Shown piece after piece: positions 10,470-20,292 of a stretch of 64,000 nt of DNA. A program made the translations under genes and the position numbers. Origin of the DNA: a candidate division FCPU426 bacterium (GTDB lineage Bacteria; Oederibacteriota; JAAXVQ01; JAUVAV01); assembly GCA_040756875.1 (NCBI GenBank), contig JBFLYH010000001.1, positions 1,372,878 through 1,436,877 on the forward strand, in the 5' to 3' direction. The number at the start of each line of letters is the position of its first letter. Positions within the stretch are counted from its first letter, which is position 1. Under the pieces are notes generated by a model, which saw only the letters and a program-made list of their open reading frames with translations, was not told the origin of the DNA and did no database searches.

Positions 10470-11630
10470 TCAAATTCCATGTCCGACGGATATATTTTTC
10501 ATGCGCGGCGGCCGGAACGGCGGCGGCGGCTGTTTGCGCCAGCCGCCGATCCACTCAATGGCTGCCACGATCCGCTCGGCCGCGCGGCCGTCCCCAAACG
10601 GGCAGGCGGTCGTCCGGCGCCTGGACGCCAAGGGCCGCCGCAACTCCGCGGCCGCGGCCTTGACGATGGCTTCCCGGTCCAGGGGCAGCAGCCGGGCCCC
10701 GGCCTGCAGGGCTTCGGGGCGTTCGGTCACGCGCCGCACCACGAGGGCCGGCACGCCAAAAACCGGCGCCTCCTCCTGAATGCCTCCGGAATCGGTCAGG
10801 ACCAGCCTGGCCTGGGCCAGCAGGCGGATGAAATCCGCGTACGGCTGGGGCGGAACCAGTTTCAAATTGGCCGGCGGCCGCCGCAGCACGGCGCGGACGG
10901 TCCGGCGCACGTTGGGATTGCGGTGGACCGGAAACACGAATTCCTGCCGGGGATGCAGGCGGGCCAGTTCCAGGACAGCCCGGCAAATTTCAGCCAACGG
11001 CCGGCCGAAGTTTTCGCGGCGGTGCGCGGTCACGACTACCAATTCGCGGGCCGCCCATCTTTCCCGTCCCTGGACCGAATGCAGGGCATCCACCACCGGA
11101 TTTCCGGTAACGAACACGCGGCTGGACGGCACCCCCTCGGAGGCCAGGTTTTTCGCCGCCCACGGCGTGGCGGCAAAATGCCAGGTCGCCAGCAACGAAA
11201 CCATGCGGCGGTTGGCTTCCTCGGGAAAGGGATTGTCCATCCGGTAGGTGCGCAAACCGGCTTCCACGTGGCCTACGGCCACGCCTTGGTAAAAAGCGGC
11301 CAGCGCGCCGGCCAGGGTCGAACTGGTGTCACCCTGCACGAGCACCAGGTCCGGCTTGGTTGCAGCCAGCGCCCGTCCGCAGCCGGCCAAAGCCGCGGCG
11401 GTCAGCGTTGGAAGCGATTGCTCGGCGCGCATGAGATCAAGGTCGATTTGCGGACGGATGCCCATCAACCGCAGCACCTGGTCCAGCATCTCGCGGTGCT
11501 GGGCGGTCACCGCCACCACGGTGTCGAAGCGCCGCGGATCAGCCTGCAGGCGCCGGATGACCGGAGCCAGTTTGATGGCTTCAGGCCGGGTGCCGAAGAT
11601 GGAAAGCACTTTAAACCGTTTGCGTTTCAC
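10470..11630 (-). CDS. wecB: UDP-N-acetylglucosamine 2-epimerase (non-hydrolysing)
   Basis: GTRPEAIK, QHREML, VQGDT, HVEAGLRT, PFPEE, HRREN, TDSGGIQEEAP. Start placed at GTG 11630 (ORF track start 11675). Confidence 0.95.
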   Translation of the reverse strand: MKRKRFKVLSIFGTRPEAIKLAPVIRRLQADPRRFDTVVAVTAQHREMLDQVLRLMGIRPQIDLDLMRAEQSLPTLTAAALAGCGRALAATKPDLVLVQGDTSSTLAGALAAFYQGVAVGHVEAGLRTYRMDNPFPEEANRRMVSLLATWHFAATPWAAKNLASEGVPSSRVFVTGNPVVDALHSVQGRERWAARELVVVTAHRRENFGRPLAEICRAVLELARLHPRQEFVFPVHRNPNVRRTVRAVLRRPPANLKLVPPQPYADFIRLLAQARLVLTDSGGIQEEAPVFGVPALVVRRVTERPEALQAGARLLPLDREAIVKAAAAELRRPLASRRRTTACPFGDGRAAERIVAAIEWIGGWRKQPPPPFRPPRMKNISVGHGI

Positions 11631-11684
11631 TTCCCCGCCTTGTGTTGTTTGCGGACGCTGGCTGTGTACCTTCATCCCCTGCGC

Positions 11685-12695
11685 CTACGCCCACCAAATG
11701 ATCAGCAGGCCGGCCAAGCCGAGCAGCAGGGAGAACGTAAAAATTAATGCCACCGCCGCGCCGGGCGAAAAATCCTGGGCGAGCAGATAGTGGTGCCCGT
11801 GCCGGTTGTCGGCCTTGGAAACCGGCAGGCCCCGTCGCCAGCGCCGGATGGTGACCTGGGTGGCGTCAGCCAGGGGCCAGGCCAGGGCCAGGGCCACGAA
11901 CCACGGCGCAGCCGGAGACAGTCCCGGCCGCAGCAGCAGCAAAGCGGCTATGCCGAGCCCCAGGCCCAGGAGGGCGGAGCCGGCTTCGCCCAGGAAGATT
12001 TTCGCGGGATGCCGGTTGAAGCGCCAGAAACCCAGGGCAGCTCCGGCAACGGCAGCGGCCAGCACTCCGGCCAAGACGTACTGATAAACCGCGGCCAGGT
12101 CCGTGGCGCGCGTCGCCAGGCGCCAGGCGCCCAGACACAACCAGATTCCGCCCAGAAAAGCCTGGCTGCTCGCCAGTCCGTCCAGCCCGTCGATGAAATT
12201 GAAGGCATTGGTGACGACCAGGAGCCAAAACCAGGCGAGCAGGAACCCCAGCCACGGCCATATTGCCATGATGCCGAACGGCCACACCCAGCAGGTTTGC
12301 AGATGGAACCCGGCGGCCAGCACCAGGGCGGTCGATAGCAATTGCGCCAGGAGTTTCACTTTGGGCGGGAGCGGACGCCGGTCATCCCATAATCCGGCCA
12401 GTGTCATCACGACGGCTGCAGCCAGCAGCCACCACAGGCCCCGGCCCAGCCAGGCTTGGCGGTAGGCGGCTAAAGCCCGGCCCACGGGCGTCCACACCGT
12501 GGCGACTGTCACGCCGAGCGCCAGCCCCGCGGCCACGGCCGCCCCGCCCCACAAGGGCGTCAGACGGCGGTGGCGTTTGCGCTGGCGGTCAGGCCGGTCC
12601 AGCACCTGTAGGCGCTCAGCCAAACGGCGCGCTGGCGGGGTAAGCAAAAAAGTCACTGCCGCGGCAGCAGCCAGAGCCACCAAACTGGTCAGCAT
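11685..12695 (-). CDS. MraY/WecA/TagO-family glycosyltransferase (undecaprenyl-P GlcNAc-1-P transferase-like)
   Basis: GLWDD, TNAFNFIDGLDGL, FN.HPAKIFLGEAGS (usual motif FMGDxGS), D..HGHH; multiple TM helices. Confidence 0.85.
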   Translation of the reverse strand: MLTSLVALAAAAAVTFLLTPPARRLAERLQVLDRPDRQRKRHRRLTPLWGGAAVAAGLALGVTVATVWTPVGRALAAYRQAWLGRGLWWLLAAAVVMTLAGLWDDRRPLPPKVKLLAQLLSTALVLAAGFHLQTCWVWPFGIMAIWPWLGFLLAWFWLLVVTNAFNFIDGLDGLASSQAFLGGIWLCLGAWRLATRATDLAAVYQYVLAGVLAAAVAGAALGFWRFNRHPAKIFLGEAGSALLGLGLGIAALLLLRPGLSPAAPWFVALALAWPLADATQVTIRRWRRGLPVSKADNRHGHHYLLAQDFSPGAAVALIFTFSLLLGLAGLLIIWWA

Positions 12696-12735
12696 GTCGC
12701 TCCCGGGGAGGCCTCCACGAACCGGCCTGTTTGGT

Positions 12736-13221
12736 TCAGACTGCGGACTTCTCGAAACGGACCAGCTCGATTCCCGCTTCCTTCAGCATAGCCAGCGACA
12801 ACTCGTCGGGATAATTTCCCTCGTACTTGATTACGCGGATGCCTGCGTTGATGAGCATCTTGGAACAGATGACGCAGGGCTGGGTGGTGCAGTAGAGCGT
12901 TGCCCCCTCGATGGAAATCCCGTGCACAGCGGCCTGGATGATGGCATTTTGCTCTCCGTGCAGGCCGCGGCAGATTTCATGCCGTTCGCCGGAGGGAATG
13001 TTGAGCTGCGTCCGCAGGCATCCGGTTTCCGTGCAATGCCGCAAACCCCGGGGCGGGCCGTTGTAACCCGTGGCAATGATGCGCTTGTCCTTCACCAAAA
13101 CCGCCCCCACGGCGCGGCGCAGGCAGGTGGCCCGCTTGGCCACCAGGTGGGCGATTTGCATGAAATAATCGTCCCAGGACATGCGCGGTTCAGCCGCGTG
13201 TCCGGCGGGGTTGTGCGTCAT
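12736..13221 (-). CDS. dCMP/deoxycytidylate deaminase (ComEB-like)
   Basis: WDDYFM, ATCLRR.VGAV, TGYNG, HGEQNA, PCVIC. Start placed at ATG 13221, overlapping the glyA stop. Confidence 0.92.
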   Translation of the reverse strand: MTHNPAGHAAEPRMSWDDYFMQIAHLVAKRATCLRRAVGAVLVKDKRIIATGYNGPPRGLRHCTETGCLRTQLNIPSGERHEICRGLHGEQNAIIQAAVHGISIEGATLYCTTQPCVICSKMLINAGIRVIKYEGNYPDELSLAMLKEAGIELVRFEKSAV

Positions 13222-14468
13222 GCCGCCGCTCCCACGGGAAACCGCCGGCACAACTCGCGGACTTCCTCCCGGATCTTGGCGGGCTCGGTCGTGCCGCGCA
13301 AGGTGCGGGTGATCAGGTCGGCGACCTGGGCCATTTCAGGTTCCCGCAGGCCCTGAGTGGTCAACGCCGGCGCGCCCAGGCGCAAGCCCGAGGTCACGCG
13401 GGGTCCGCGGGGGTCGTTGGGGATGCCGTTCTTGTTCGCGATGATCCCGGCCTCTTCCAGGCGGGCCGCGGCCTCGGCGCCGGTCAGGTGCTCACGTCGC
13501 AGGTCGATGAGCACCAGATGGTTGTCGGTGCCACCGGTGAGCAATTCGAACTCTTGGGCCAGCAGCGCGGCGGCCAGGGCCTTGGCGTTGGCCACCACCT
13601 GGCGGGCATAGTCCCGGAACGCGGGCTGCATGGCTTCATGGAAACAGACGGCCTTGGCTGCAATGACATGCACCAGCGGACCGCCCTGGATGCCGGGAAA
13701 GATCGCCGCGTCCACGGCCTTGGCATGAACATCCCGGCAGAGGATGAACCCGCCCCGGGGGCCGCGCAGAGTCTTGTGCGTGGTGGAGGTGATGATATCG
13801 GCGTACGGCACAGGGCTGGGATGGGCGCCACCGGCCACCAAGCCGGCGATGTGGGCGATGTCCACCATGAGAAAAGCTCCCACGCTGTCGCAGATCGCCC
13901 GGAAGGCGGCGAAATCGATTTGGCGCGGATACGCCGAGGCGCCGGCGATGATCAGGCGCGGCCTGAGGGTCTTGGCCTGGTCCGCCAAATAGTCGTAATC
14001 GATCAGGTGCGTGGCGGCGTGGACCTTGTAGGAATATGCCTGAAACAGCTTGCCCGAAAAATTAAAGGCCGCGCCGTGGGTCAGATGCCCGCCGTCGGCC
14101 AGGTCCATGCCCAAAATGCGGTCGCCGGGCTTGAGCAGCGCCAGGTAGGCAGCCATGTTGGCCGTGCTGCCGGAATGCGGCTGAACGTTGGCGTGTTCGG
14201 CCCCGAACAGATTCCGGGCGCGGTCAATAGCCAACTGCTCCACCGCGTCCGAAGGCCCGCACCCCTGGTAGTACCGGGCTTGCGGGTAACCCTCGGCGTA
14301 TTTGTTGGTGAAGACGCTGCCTTGGGCCTCCAATACCGCGGGCGTGCAAAAATTCTCCGAAGCGATCATCTGCAGCTTGCTGGTTTCGCGCTCGATCTCC
14401 GCGGCCAGGGCCGCCGCCACTTCGGGATCCGATTGGGCCAGGGGATGCACGGACTGCTCCTTTGTCAC
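13218..14468 (-). CDS. glyA: Serine hydroxymethyltransferase
   Basis: [40 protein letters not shown] (PLP lysine), FPGIQGGP. Confidence 0.99.
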   Translation of the reverse strand: MTKEQSVHPLAQSDPEVAAALAAEIERETSKLQMIASENFCTPAVLEAQGSVFTNKYAEGYPQARYYQGCGPSDAVEQLAIDRARNLFGAEHANVQPHSGSTANMAAYLALLKPGDRILGMDLADGGHLTHGAAFNFSGKLFQAYSYKVHAATHLIDYDYLADQAKTLRPRLIIAGASAYPRQIDFAAFRAICDSVGAFLMVDIAHIAGLVAGGAHPSPVPYADIITSTTHKTLRGPRGGFILCRDVHAKAVDAAIFPGIQGGPLVHVIAAKAVCFHEAMQPAFRDYARQVVANAKALAAALLAQEFELLTGGTDNHLVLIDLRREHLTGAEAAARLEEAGIIANKNGIPNDPRGPRVTSGLRLGAPALTTQGLREPEMAQVADLITRTLRGTTEPAKIREEVRELCRRFPVGAAA

Positions 14469-14932
14469 GCCGGTTCCTTGACCGAGCGCAGGTATTTTTT
14501 CTCCACGTCGGAAATTTTGTCCAGACGGCGCTGGTGCCGTTCCCCGGCGAACCGGGCGTGCAGCCAGGCGCGGATCATGTCCATGCTCATTTCCTTGCCG
14601 AAAACCCGGCCGGGCAGCACCAGGATGTTCGCGTTGTTGTGTTCTCGGGCATACTGCGCCGAATAAGTGTTATAGGCCAGAGCGGCGCGAATACCCGGCA
14701 CCTTGTTGGCGGTGATGCTCATGCCGATGCCCGTTCCGCAGATGAGGATCCCCAGAGTGTCCGCGTCCCGCGCCACCTGCTCCGCCACCTTGAGTCCGAT
14801 GTCGGGATAATCGCAGGATTCCTCGGTCGAGGTCCCGAAATCCTCCACGGCCTGGCCGGCGGCGGTCAACTCCCTGATCAACCGCTGCTTGAGCTCGTAG
14901 CCGGCATGGTCGCTGCCGATAATCAATTTCAT
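14465..14932 (-). CDS. rpiB: Ribose-5-phosphate isomerase B
   Basis: [38 protein letters not shown]. Confidence 0.97.
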   Translation of the reverse strand: MKLIIGSDHAGYELKQRLIRELTAAGQAVEDFGTSTEESCDYPDIGLKVAEQVARDADTLGILICGTGIGMSITANKVPGIRAALAYNTYSAQYAREHNNANILVLPGRVFGKEMSMDMIRAWLHARFAGERHQRRLDKISDVEKKYLRSVKEPA

Positions 14933-15432
14933 TGCTTGCCCTCCCTTTCCCCGGGTTCGCCGGGCATGTCGATTTTTTCCAATATGGCCGGGCGGGCTTC
15001 GCCCAGCAAAACGCGAAGCTGGGCCGCCACGCGCCGATAAACCGCCAATGGCTGTCCAATCGGGTCCGGAATGTCGGGGCCGGCCTGGCCGCGCGCCAAC
15101 TCCCCGAGCGTCACTACTTTGGCAGCCTGGGATGGAAACCGGTGTTTAAGCCAGAGGGAGTGTTCACGCGTCATGGCCACCACCAACGCCGACTCCTCAA
15201 GCAATTCGGCCGTCACGCGCCGCGACCGGTGTTGCGCCAAATCCGCGCCCAGTTCCCCGGCTGCGGCGACGGCCTCCGGTGTGGCCGGGAACCCCTCGGG
15301 AGCGATCGTGCCGGCCGAAGACACCGCCACATGGGGATGGGACTCCAGCAAGCCCCGCAGCAATCCTTCGGCCATGGGACTGCGGCAGGAATTGCCGCTG
15401 CAGACTACGAGAATCCGCTTCAAAGCCGCCAC
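14929..15432 (-). CDS. Low-molecular-weight protein arginine/tyrosine phosphatase (YwlE-like)
   Basis: VCSGNSCRSPMAE P-loop, SAGT, DIPDP. Confidence 0.92.
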   Translation of the reverse strand: MAALKRILVVCSGNSCRSPMAEGLLRGLLESHPHVAVSSAGTIAPEGFPATPEAVAAAGELGADLAQHRSRRVTAELLEESALVVAMTREHSLWLKHRFPSQAAKVVTLGELARGQAGPDIPDPIGQPLAVYRRVAAQLRVLLGEARPAILEKIDMPGEPGEREGKQ

Positions 15433-15435
15433 GCC

Positions 15436-16956
15436 TCACAACTTGAGGGATTTTACGCGGAAGACCGACACCTTGTCCCGTTTGCCCTTGACCGCCAGCG
15501 GCGTCAGCCGTTCGGCGACGACCTTGGCGTTCACCTGCAGGTAGGTTTCCTCGGAAATTAAAATGCTGCCGCCTTCGGCCACGGATTCCAAACGGGCCGC
15601 CAAATTCACCGAATCGCCGATGACCGTATAATCCATCTTCTGCGACGAACCCATGTTGCCCGAAACCACGTCGCCGGTGTTGATGCCGATCCCGATGGTC
15701 ACGGTCTTTTCCCCGGCCGCCCGGCGGCGCTGGTTCATTTCGTCCACGGCGATCTGAATTTCCAGGGCGCTGCGCACGGCCCGCAAGGCATCATCTTCCT
15801 TGGCCAGCGGAATGCCGTACACGGCCATGACGCAATCGCCGACGAATTTGTCCAGCATGCCGCCGTTGCGAAGGATGATCTCGGTCTGCACCGAGAGGTA
15901 ACTGTTGATGATGGAAACGACCTCTTCAGGCTGCATGGTTTCGGACATGGCGGTAAAGCCGCGGATATCGGAAAACAGGATGGTGGCCCGCTTGCGGGCT
16001 CCGCCCAAAGCCATGCTGCCCGGATTTTTCAGGACCTCCTCCATCACCTGGCTCGACACATACGTGGAGAACGCGCCCTTGATCAGTTCCTTCTCACGCA
16101 GCGAACTGGCCATTTCGTTGAAGGCCGCGGTCAGCTCGCCCAGTTCATCCTTGCGGTTTACGCGCAGTTTCTGGTTGAGGTCTCCGGAGGCAATGGCCAG
16201 CACGCCGCCCACCAGGCGTTTGATGGGTTGCGTCAGGTATTGAGCCATCACAATGGCGCCGATCGCGCCCAGCAACAGCACCACGGCCGTGGCGATCAGC
16301 AGCTTGGCCGCCGCCTGTTTGACCGTCATGGCCACCAGCGATTCGGACATCGCCAGGTGCACCACGCCGATTTTTTTCCGGCCTTCGGTCAAGTCCGGCC
16401 GCGCCACGAATACCGGCACCGCGATGTCGATCCGGTGGTCTTTTTCGCCTATGGTGTAGGGCTGGACCTGGATCATTTCCCCCGAATATTTCGTGATCTC
16501 CTTGGACGGAGGGTCGTATTTCTCTCCAGTTTTTTGGATATCGTTGTGGGCCACGATCTTGTCGTCGATGTCCACCATGGTGATCTCCACCACGCCGGCG
16601 TTTCCGGTGATGTTGCCTGGCATACCCTGTTCTTCGCCGGTGATGTCGTCCCACAAAGACTGCAGCACGTTTCCCCAGGTAATGGAGGTCAGGGAATTCG
16701 AACCGGCTGCCGGCATGGTCTCATGGATGAGCGTGGCGCAGACCAAATCGTTCAGCACCGCCTCCCCGGCGGACGAGGCCAGGCTGCGGGCGATGGTCAC
16801 ACCGCGCTTGACCACCTCGGCCCGCAGGGAACGTTCCTGTTGGCGGTACGTCAGCCAGGTGGTCAGGGCCATGACCGACCCGATGGTCAGGATCATCAGG
16901 AAAGTGATCTGCACCATCAGGGGAATGCGGCCTTTGGCCTTCACGACTGGGCCCAT
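15436..16956 (-). CDS. Membrane class III adenylate cyclase (2 TM, extracytoplasmic domain, HAMP)
   Basis: FSDIRGFT, DKFVGD, GIGINTG, DYTVIGDSVNLAARLE; catalytic residues intact; K/T pattern points to ATP. Confidence 0.92.
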   Translation of the reverse strand: MGPVVKAKGRIPLMVQITFLMILTIGSVMALTTWLTYRQQERSLRAEVVKRGVTIARSLASSAGEAVLNDLVCATLIHETMPAAGSNSLTSITWGNVLQSLWDDITGEEQGMPGNITGNAGVVEITMVDIDDKIVAHNDIQKTGEKYDPPSKEITKYSGEMIQVQPYTIGEKDHRIDIAVPVFVARPDLTEGRKKIGVVHLAMSESLVAMTVKQAAAKLLIATAVVLLLGAIGAIVMAQYLTQPIKRLVGGVLAIASGDLNQKLRVNRKDELGELTAAFNEMASSLREKELIKGAFSTYVSSQVMEEVLKNPGSMALGGARKRATILFSDIRGFTAMSETMQPEEVVSIINSYLSVQTEIILRNGGMLDKFVGDCVMAVYGIPLAKEDDALRAVRSALEIQIAVDEMNQRRRAAGEKTVTIGIGINTGDVVSGNMGSSQKMDYTVIGDSVNLAARLESVAEGGSILISEETYLQVNAKVVAERLTPLAVKGKRDKVSVFRVKSLKL

Positions 16957-16957
16957 G

Positions 16958-18241
16958 TCACTGAATTCCTTTCTTCAAAGCCACGGTCTCGATAAAAACG
17001 TCCACGATCTCCGGATCAAACTGCGTTCCGGACCCCTTCTTCAGTTCATCGATGGCCTGGGAACGGGTCATGGCCGAACGGTGTTTCTGCGCCGACGTCA
17101 TGGCGTCGAAAGCGTCCGCCACGGCCAGAATGCGGGCTCCGAGCGGAATGTCCTTGCCCTTCAAACCGGCGGGATATCCCGCCCCGTCATAGCGTTCATG
17201 GTGGTGCAAAACGAGCTTCACCGTTCCACGCAATGCCTGGATCTGGTTCAGGATTTCCGCGCCGACCATGGGATGTTCCTTGAGCTTCTTATACTCCTGT
17301 TCGGAAAGCTTGCCGGTGCTGTGCAGGATCGAATCCGGCACTGCGATGTGCCCCAGGTTCTGAACCTGCGCCGCCAGGCGGATGTTCTCCACTTCCTCAA
17401 CAGCTAGTCCGATGACCTGGGCCACGCTGGCGGCGTACTCCGCGACCCGCTGATCGTGCCCGCCGGCGAATTTGTCGCGCGATTCCAGGGTTTTAGCCAT
17501 GGCGCGCAACATGCCGATATAAAGCTCCTTGAGGTGCTCGGTCATCTCGTTGAACGCGTTGGCTACCAGGGTCAATTCATTCTGGCCCTTGAGATTGATT
17601 TTATAATTTAAGTTCCCCTCGCCAATGGCCTTGATGCCGTGCAACAGGTCGTTCAGGGGCCGCATGGTCATGTTGATCAACAGCACCGAGACGAACACGC
17701 CGATCAGCAGCAATCCGGCTGCGATGGACATGGACTCGCGGAACGTCTGATTGACGAAACGGTCAATGGCCCGCTGCGACATTCCCACGTGCACCGCGCC
17801 GATGCGGACGCCGTTGCGCAAATTGATGGGAATGGCTATATCTATGATCGGCTCTTTTTTATCGTCCTGGTAGGGCTGGATCAGTATTTCTTCATTGGTC
17901 AAAGGCCGTAGGCCCGGCGGTTCCACGTAGGACTTGCCCACGTCCTCGATGCGACTGTGGGCGAGGATCTGCATCCGGTCGTTGAGGGTGAGCGCGTACA
18001 ATACGCCGTCGTTCTTCATGGTGCTGGTGACGAACGTGGCCAGGGCCAGCTGGTCATTGCCGATGAGCGAATCCGTGCTGACTGTGGCCAGATTTCTGGC
18101 TATCGTGGCGCCGCGGCGGGTCATCTCCCGCAGCAGAACATCACGCTCTTGGCGGATAAAAAAAAAGGTGGAGCCCAGGACCGTCACGGTCACCAGGGCG
18201 ATCGTGATGAGAATAAACTGCAGTTTGATGCTGATCCGCAT
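16958..18241 (-). CDS. Membrane HAMP + HD-GYP domain protein, degenerate HD motif
   Basis: HHHERYDGAGYP and ARILAVADAFDAM are present, but the usual LHDIGK reads VQNLGH. Confidence 0.85.
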   Translation of the reverse strand: MRISIKLQFILITIALVTVTVLGSTFFFIRQERDVLLREMTRRGATIARNLATVSTDSLIGNDQLALATFVTSTMKNDGVLYALTLNDRMQILAHSRIEDVGKSYVEPPGLRPLTNEEILIQPYQDDKKEPIIDIAIPINLRNGVRIGAVHVGMSQRAIDRFVNQTFRESMSIAAGLLLIGVFVSVLLINMTMRPLNDLLHGIKAIGEGNLNYKINLKGQNELTLVANAFNEMTEHLKELYIGMLRAMAKTLESRDKFAGGHDQRVAEYAASVAQVIGLAVEEVENIRLAAQVQNLGHIAVPDSILHSTGKLSEQEYKKLKEHPMVGAEILNQIQALRGTVKLVLHHHERYDGAGYPAGLKGKDIPLGARILAVADAFDAMTSAQKHRSAMTRSQAIDELKKGSGTQFDPEIVDVFIETVALKKGIQ

Positions 18242-18348
18242 CCAAACCTCCGCCGGGTCACAGGCGGATGACTCAGATCCACATGCCCCGCGCAGTGAAA
18301 ACGCCTGTAAACTAAAACCATTTCGTGGCGAAAAATGTCGTGGCGGTC

Positions 18349-18378
18349 AGTTTAGCAACTTAAATAAGTCATTGTCAA
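18349..18378 (-). promoter_or_regulatory. sigma70-type promoter for the leftward gene run
   Basis: Minus strand TTGACA-N18-TAAACT with TGn extension. Confidence 0.6.
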
Positions 18379-18400
18379 GAAAAAACCAGTCCGTTTCCAC

Positions 18401-18430
18401 TTGACAAAAAATGAAAAAATCCTTTAAAAT
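18401..18430 (+). promoter_or_regulatory. sigma70-type promoter for the TolB-like lipoprotein (divergent, back-to-back)
   Basis: TTGACA-N18-TAAAAT; a second TTGACA follows at 18432. Confidence 0.6.
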
Positions 18431-18506
18431 CTTGACAAAATCACCAAGGAGGCAGAACGGACGCGAAGGTGTTGGAAACCAAATCCACTAAAATTTCCGG
18501 AGCTAT

Positions 18507-20150
18507 TTGGCTAAATATATGACAATATTTCTTTCCATGCGACGCTCATCCAGCCTTCTTCCCCTTCTGATCCTATCGATTATTTTCAGCGGCGGGTGCA
18601 AAAAATCCCCCTCTCAGCCTGCCGTTTCACCGGCGCCAACCGCCCTGCCCTACTCGGATCAAATTCTGTATACCTCCGGCGGCCAGTTGTACCTGACTTC
18701 CCTGGACGGAGAGCAAACAAAAAAACTAAGCGCTGCCGGCCGCAATATCTGGTTTCCTTCCGTATCGCCGGATTATACGCGGTTGGCCTTTTGGGCCGCT
18801 TCAAACGGGTTCCACGAACTGTGGGCCTATGACATCGCCGGGGATTCGCTCCGGCAACTCACCTTTTTCAACCAAAAGCTCGCCCAGGCGCATCTGCAGA
18901 ATTTCAATTTGCACAACGCGCCCGCCTGGGAGCCTGACGGCAGGCGCATCGTCTTTTCGCAGGCGGACAAACTCTGGAGCGTCGACGCGGAGGGATTCAA
19001 CCTGGAAACCGTCCTGTCCGACGGCGTTTTTTACGCCCCGTCCCTGTCGCCGGATGGAAAACTGTTGGCTTACGTTTCAGAACGCGACCAGGCGCGCAAT
19101 CTTTTTATTCGCCGGCTGGGCACGAACGAAGAATGGCCGGTGACCGCTTTTCCCTACACCCACTCGGCAGGAAGCCCGAGTTGGTCTCCGGACGGATCGT
19201 TGCTCGCATTTGCCCTGGTGGCAGGCGAACAGGTTGATATCTGGGTGGTGCGCCCGGACGGAGAACAGTTGCGGCGCCTGACCCAGGATGGATACAGCAA
19301 TTCACCCGTCTGGTCGCCGGATGGCCAGCGTCTGGCTTTCGCCTCCGGAAGGCAGGATCCGTATCACTGGGAAATTTGGGTCATGAACCGCGACGGCGGC
19401 GGCCAGTTTGCCGTAACCCGCAATGGAGGCTCGTCGCCGGTTTGGATCCGAATGTCCAAGCAAGCGGCTTCCCCGGCGCCCATAGTGGTTGCCACACGGG
19501 TTCAATCCGCCACCCCGGCGATTTCGCCGAAACCTACGGCTGCTCCGACTTATAAACCCACGGCCCAGCCTACAGCCAAGCCTACAGCTAAGCCTACTGC
19601 CAAACCCACTGCCAAACCTACGCCTCAACCGACTCCCCGGCCCACCGCCAAACCCACGCCCCGGCCCGCTGTGAAATCCGTCACCACGCCGGCACCTGCA
19701 GCCACCGCAACCGGCGGCGAGGAGGAGGCGGAGTACGAGGAGTATGAAGAATATGCCGACGAGGATCAGGCGGTATTGCCCGAAGCGGATCTGGGCGCGG
19801 CCGTGGAAGGCAACCGCATTGTTTTCACGCCGAAAATCGAGTTCTACTTCGCCAAAGACATGATCAAACCGGGTTCGCTGCCCACCTTAAAACAACTGGC
19901 CGAAGAATTGGACGCTTATCCGGATGCTTCGCTGGTTGTCAAAGGATACATGCGCGGACCGGGGTTCCTTAAAAAAATCCTGCCCATTCTAAAGACGCTC
20001 TCCCGGGCCAGGGCCAACAGTGTCTTGCGCCACTTGATCGTGAATGAAAAAATCCGCCAGATCAACGTAACCGCACTGGGCGAGACCGATCCCGTGCCTG
20101 ACGTTGCGCGCAACCAGGAAAAACCCGTTCTCATCGTCGAAGTAAAGTAA
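18507..20150 (+). CDS. Lipoprotein: TolB-like PD40 beta-propeller + Pro/Thr/Ala/Lys linker + degenerate OmpA/Pal-like domain
   Basis: Lipobox-like FSGGC; repeated P.(W/L)SPDG..LA(F/Y); PTAK repeats; C-terminal F...IK..S...L..LA...LS.ARA..V...ALGE..P. Start uncertain (18507, 18519 or 18537). Confidence 0.8.
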   Translation: MAKYMTIFLSMRRSSSLLPLLILSIIFSGGCKKSPSQPAVSPAPTALPYSDQILYTSGGQLYLTSLDGEQTKKLSAAGRNIWFPSVSPDYTRLAFWAASNGFHELWAYDIAGDSLRQLTFFNQKLAQAHLQNFNLHNAPAWEPDGRRIVFSQADKLWSVDAEGFNLETVLSDGVFYAPSLSPDGKLLAYVSERDQARNLFIRRLGTNEEWPVTAFPYTHSAGSPSWSPDGSLLAFALVAGEQVDIWVVRPDGEQLRRLTQDGYSNSPVWSPDGQRLAFASGRQDPYHWEIWVMNRDGGGQFAVTRNGGSSPVWIRMSKQAASPAPIVVATRVQSATPAISPKPTAAPTYKPTAQPTAKPTAKPTAKPTAKPTPQPTPRPTAKPTPRPAVKSVTTPAPAATATGGEEEAEYEEYEEYADEDQAVLPEADLGAAVEGNRIVFTPKIEFYFAKDMIKPGSLPTLKQLAEELDAYPDASLVVKGYMRGPGFLKKILPILKTLSRARANSVLRHLIVNEKIRQINVTALGETDPVPDVARNQEKPVLIVEVK

Positions 20151-20292
20151 TCAGGATCGAAATAAAGCCGGCGGGAAACCCCTGAAAAACAGTTCATCCC
20201 CAAATCCAGTCCGGGCGTTTCTTTCCCCCGGATCACTTCTTCTGCCATCTTCGTCTGATTTCGAATCCCGTTCGGGCGTTCGGGGGGCGTGG

